This document shows, in pieces, positions 54,817 through 55,411 of a DNA stretch of 55,411 bases; the stretch's first letter is position 1, and the number at the start of each line of letters is the position of its first letter. A program made the position numbers and the translations under genes. The stretch comes from a virus. Lineage: Duplodnaviria > Caudoviricetes. The stretch covers positions 1 to 55,411 of the IMG/VR virus record IMGVR_UViG_3300021197_001537; one strand, written 5' to 3'. The notes under the pieces are model-generated. The model saw only the letters and a list, made by a program, of their open reading frames with translations. It did not search any database and was not told the DNA's origin.

Positions 54817-55411
54817 TTGAGTAGAATAAATATTTTAAACGCATCGGTGGAAGACTTTCAGATTGAAATCTTTGAAACGGCACCAGCCGACGGTTCAACA
54901 GGCGACTATGAAGAAGGTCGCATTGTCAAGTATTTGACACACTTTTATATTTGGCATAACACATCGGGTGCTTGGAAGAAGTTTGGTAACTCAACAGACG
55001 TCACTTCACTTGAAACTCGTTTGGCAAGCCAAGAGGCAGACCGCTCGACAGAGCACGCAGCCTTCGTCGCCGCAGATTCATCAATTGAATCAAGCCTTAC
55101 ATCTGCAATCGCTACTAGGTCACTAGCAGTAGATTCAGCACAGGCAAGTGCAGAGGCGGCAGAAGCTTCACTTGAGTCAAGCCTCACGGCAGCAACCGCT
55201 GCTCGCCAGGCAGACATTTCAACAGAGCTTGCAAGAGCAGTAGCGGCAGAAGGCTCCCTTGAGTCAAGCCTTGCATCTGCAATCGCTACTAGGTCACTAG
55301 CAGTAGCTTCAGCACCGGCAAGTGCAGAGGCGGCAGAAGGTTCGCTTTTATCAAGCCTCACAGCAACAATTGCCTCCAGCCAGTCAGAAGTTTCCACAGC
55401 ACTTTCCACAG
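54817..55411 (+). CDS. Coiled-coil fibre-like protein, 5' part (runs off the window)
   Basis: TTG start after AGGAGG; open to the end: MSRINILNASVEDFQIE...DVTSLETRLASQEADRS...ELARAVAAEGSLESSL; absent from the ORF track because there is no stop. Confidence 0.85.
   Translation, partial: MSRINILNASVEDFQIEIFETAPADGSTGDYEEGRIVKYLTHFYIWHNTSGAWKKFGNSTDVTSLETRLASQEADRSTEHAAFVAADSSIESSLTSAIATRSLAVDSAQASAEAAEASLESSLTAATAARQADISTELARAVAAEGSLESSLASAIATRSLAVASAPASAEAAEGSLLSSLTATIASSQSEVSTALST
55087..55411 (+). repeat. 87-nt (29-aa) tandem repeats with 174-nt higher-order period
   Basis: 55087-55173 and 55261-55347 differ at 6 of 87 nt; alternating ESSLTSAIATRSLAV... and ESSLTAATAARQADI... units. Confidence 0.9.

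Larger units (their letters stand above)
1..55411 (+). mobile_element. Segment of a large T4-like/myovirus-type bacteriophage genome (baseplate, recombination, lysis and head modules)
   Basis: Co-oriented, tightly packed ORFs including TerL, gp20-like portal, gp21-like protease, gp25/gp6-like baseplate and gp55-like sigma; no cellular housekeeping operons. Confidence 0.95.

Noticed and set aside
55087-55347. DGR-like pattern: 5 of 6 mismatches between the repeat copies fall on adenines of the first copy
   Set aside because: Both copies are tandem units within one coiled-coil ORF, the numbers are small, the adjacent B units differ at all base types, and no reverse transcriptase is in the window
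54945-55409. 154-aa minus-strand ORF in the track
   Set aside because: It is the antisense shadow of the repetitive plus-strand fibre gene, which has an RBS, a promoter motif and the same orientation as all other genes
1-55411. Stop-codon reassignment, as seen in some large phages
   Set aside because: Standard-code ORFs tile the window densely, and TAA, TGA and TAG all end genes at sensible boundaries (TAG at 120, 27722, 32118 and 49883)
1-55411. tRNA genes, CRISPR array, integrase or transposase
   Set aside because: No cloverleaf, repeat-spacer array or recombinase motifs were seen, and the intergenic gaps are mostly too short

Overview
The window is a continuous, densely coding, all-plus-strand segment of a large T4-like (myovirus-type) dsDNA bacteriophage read in the standard genetic code. 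In order it holds: the end of a PD-(D/E)XK-like nuclease, two GT4 glycosyltransferases, an FmdB-like zinc ribbon and a gp55-like late sigma factor. A ~34 kb baseplate/tail cluster follows (gp5-like OB-fold fused to an M15 peptidase, spike protein, 1842-aa protein, gp25, gp6, a 3961-aa multi-LamG gp7-like protein and paralogous tail proteins). Next come RuvC, primase and an Mre11-Rad50 fusion under sigma70-type promoters, a holin/spanin-like cassette, and a head cluster (TerL, portal, prohead protease, decoration-like paralogues, a divergent ribosomal protein bS21, and the start of a coiled-coil fibre). The most notable signals are: a -1 frame break joining a decoration-like gene to a LamG module also found inside the giant baseplate protein; a recurrent (A)CTAHWTA late-promoter motif; an unannotated Cys-Cys micropeptide with a hairpin just before the protease; bS21 in a Shine-Dalgarno-using phage; and apparent GATC/GGCC avoidance. 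All calls come from motif recognition by eye; no searches were run. No tRNA, CRISPR array or major capsid gene was recognised.
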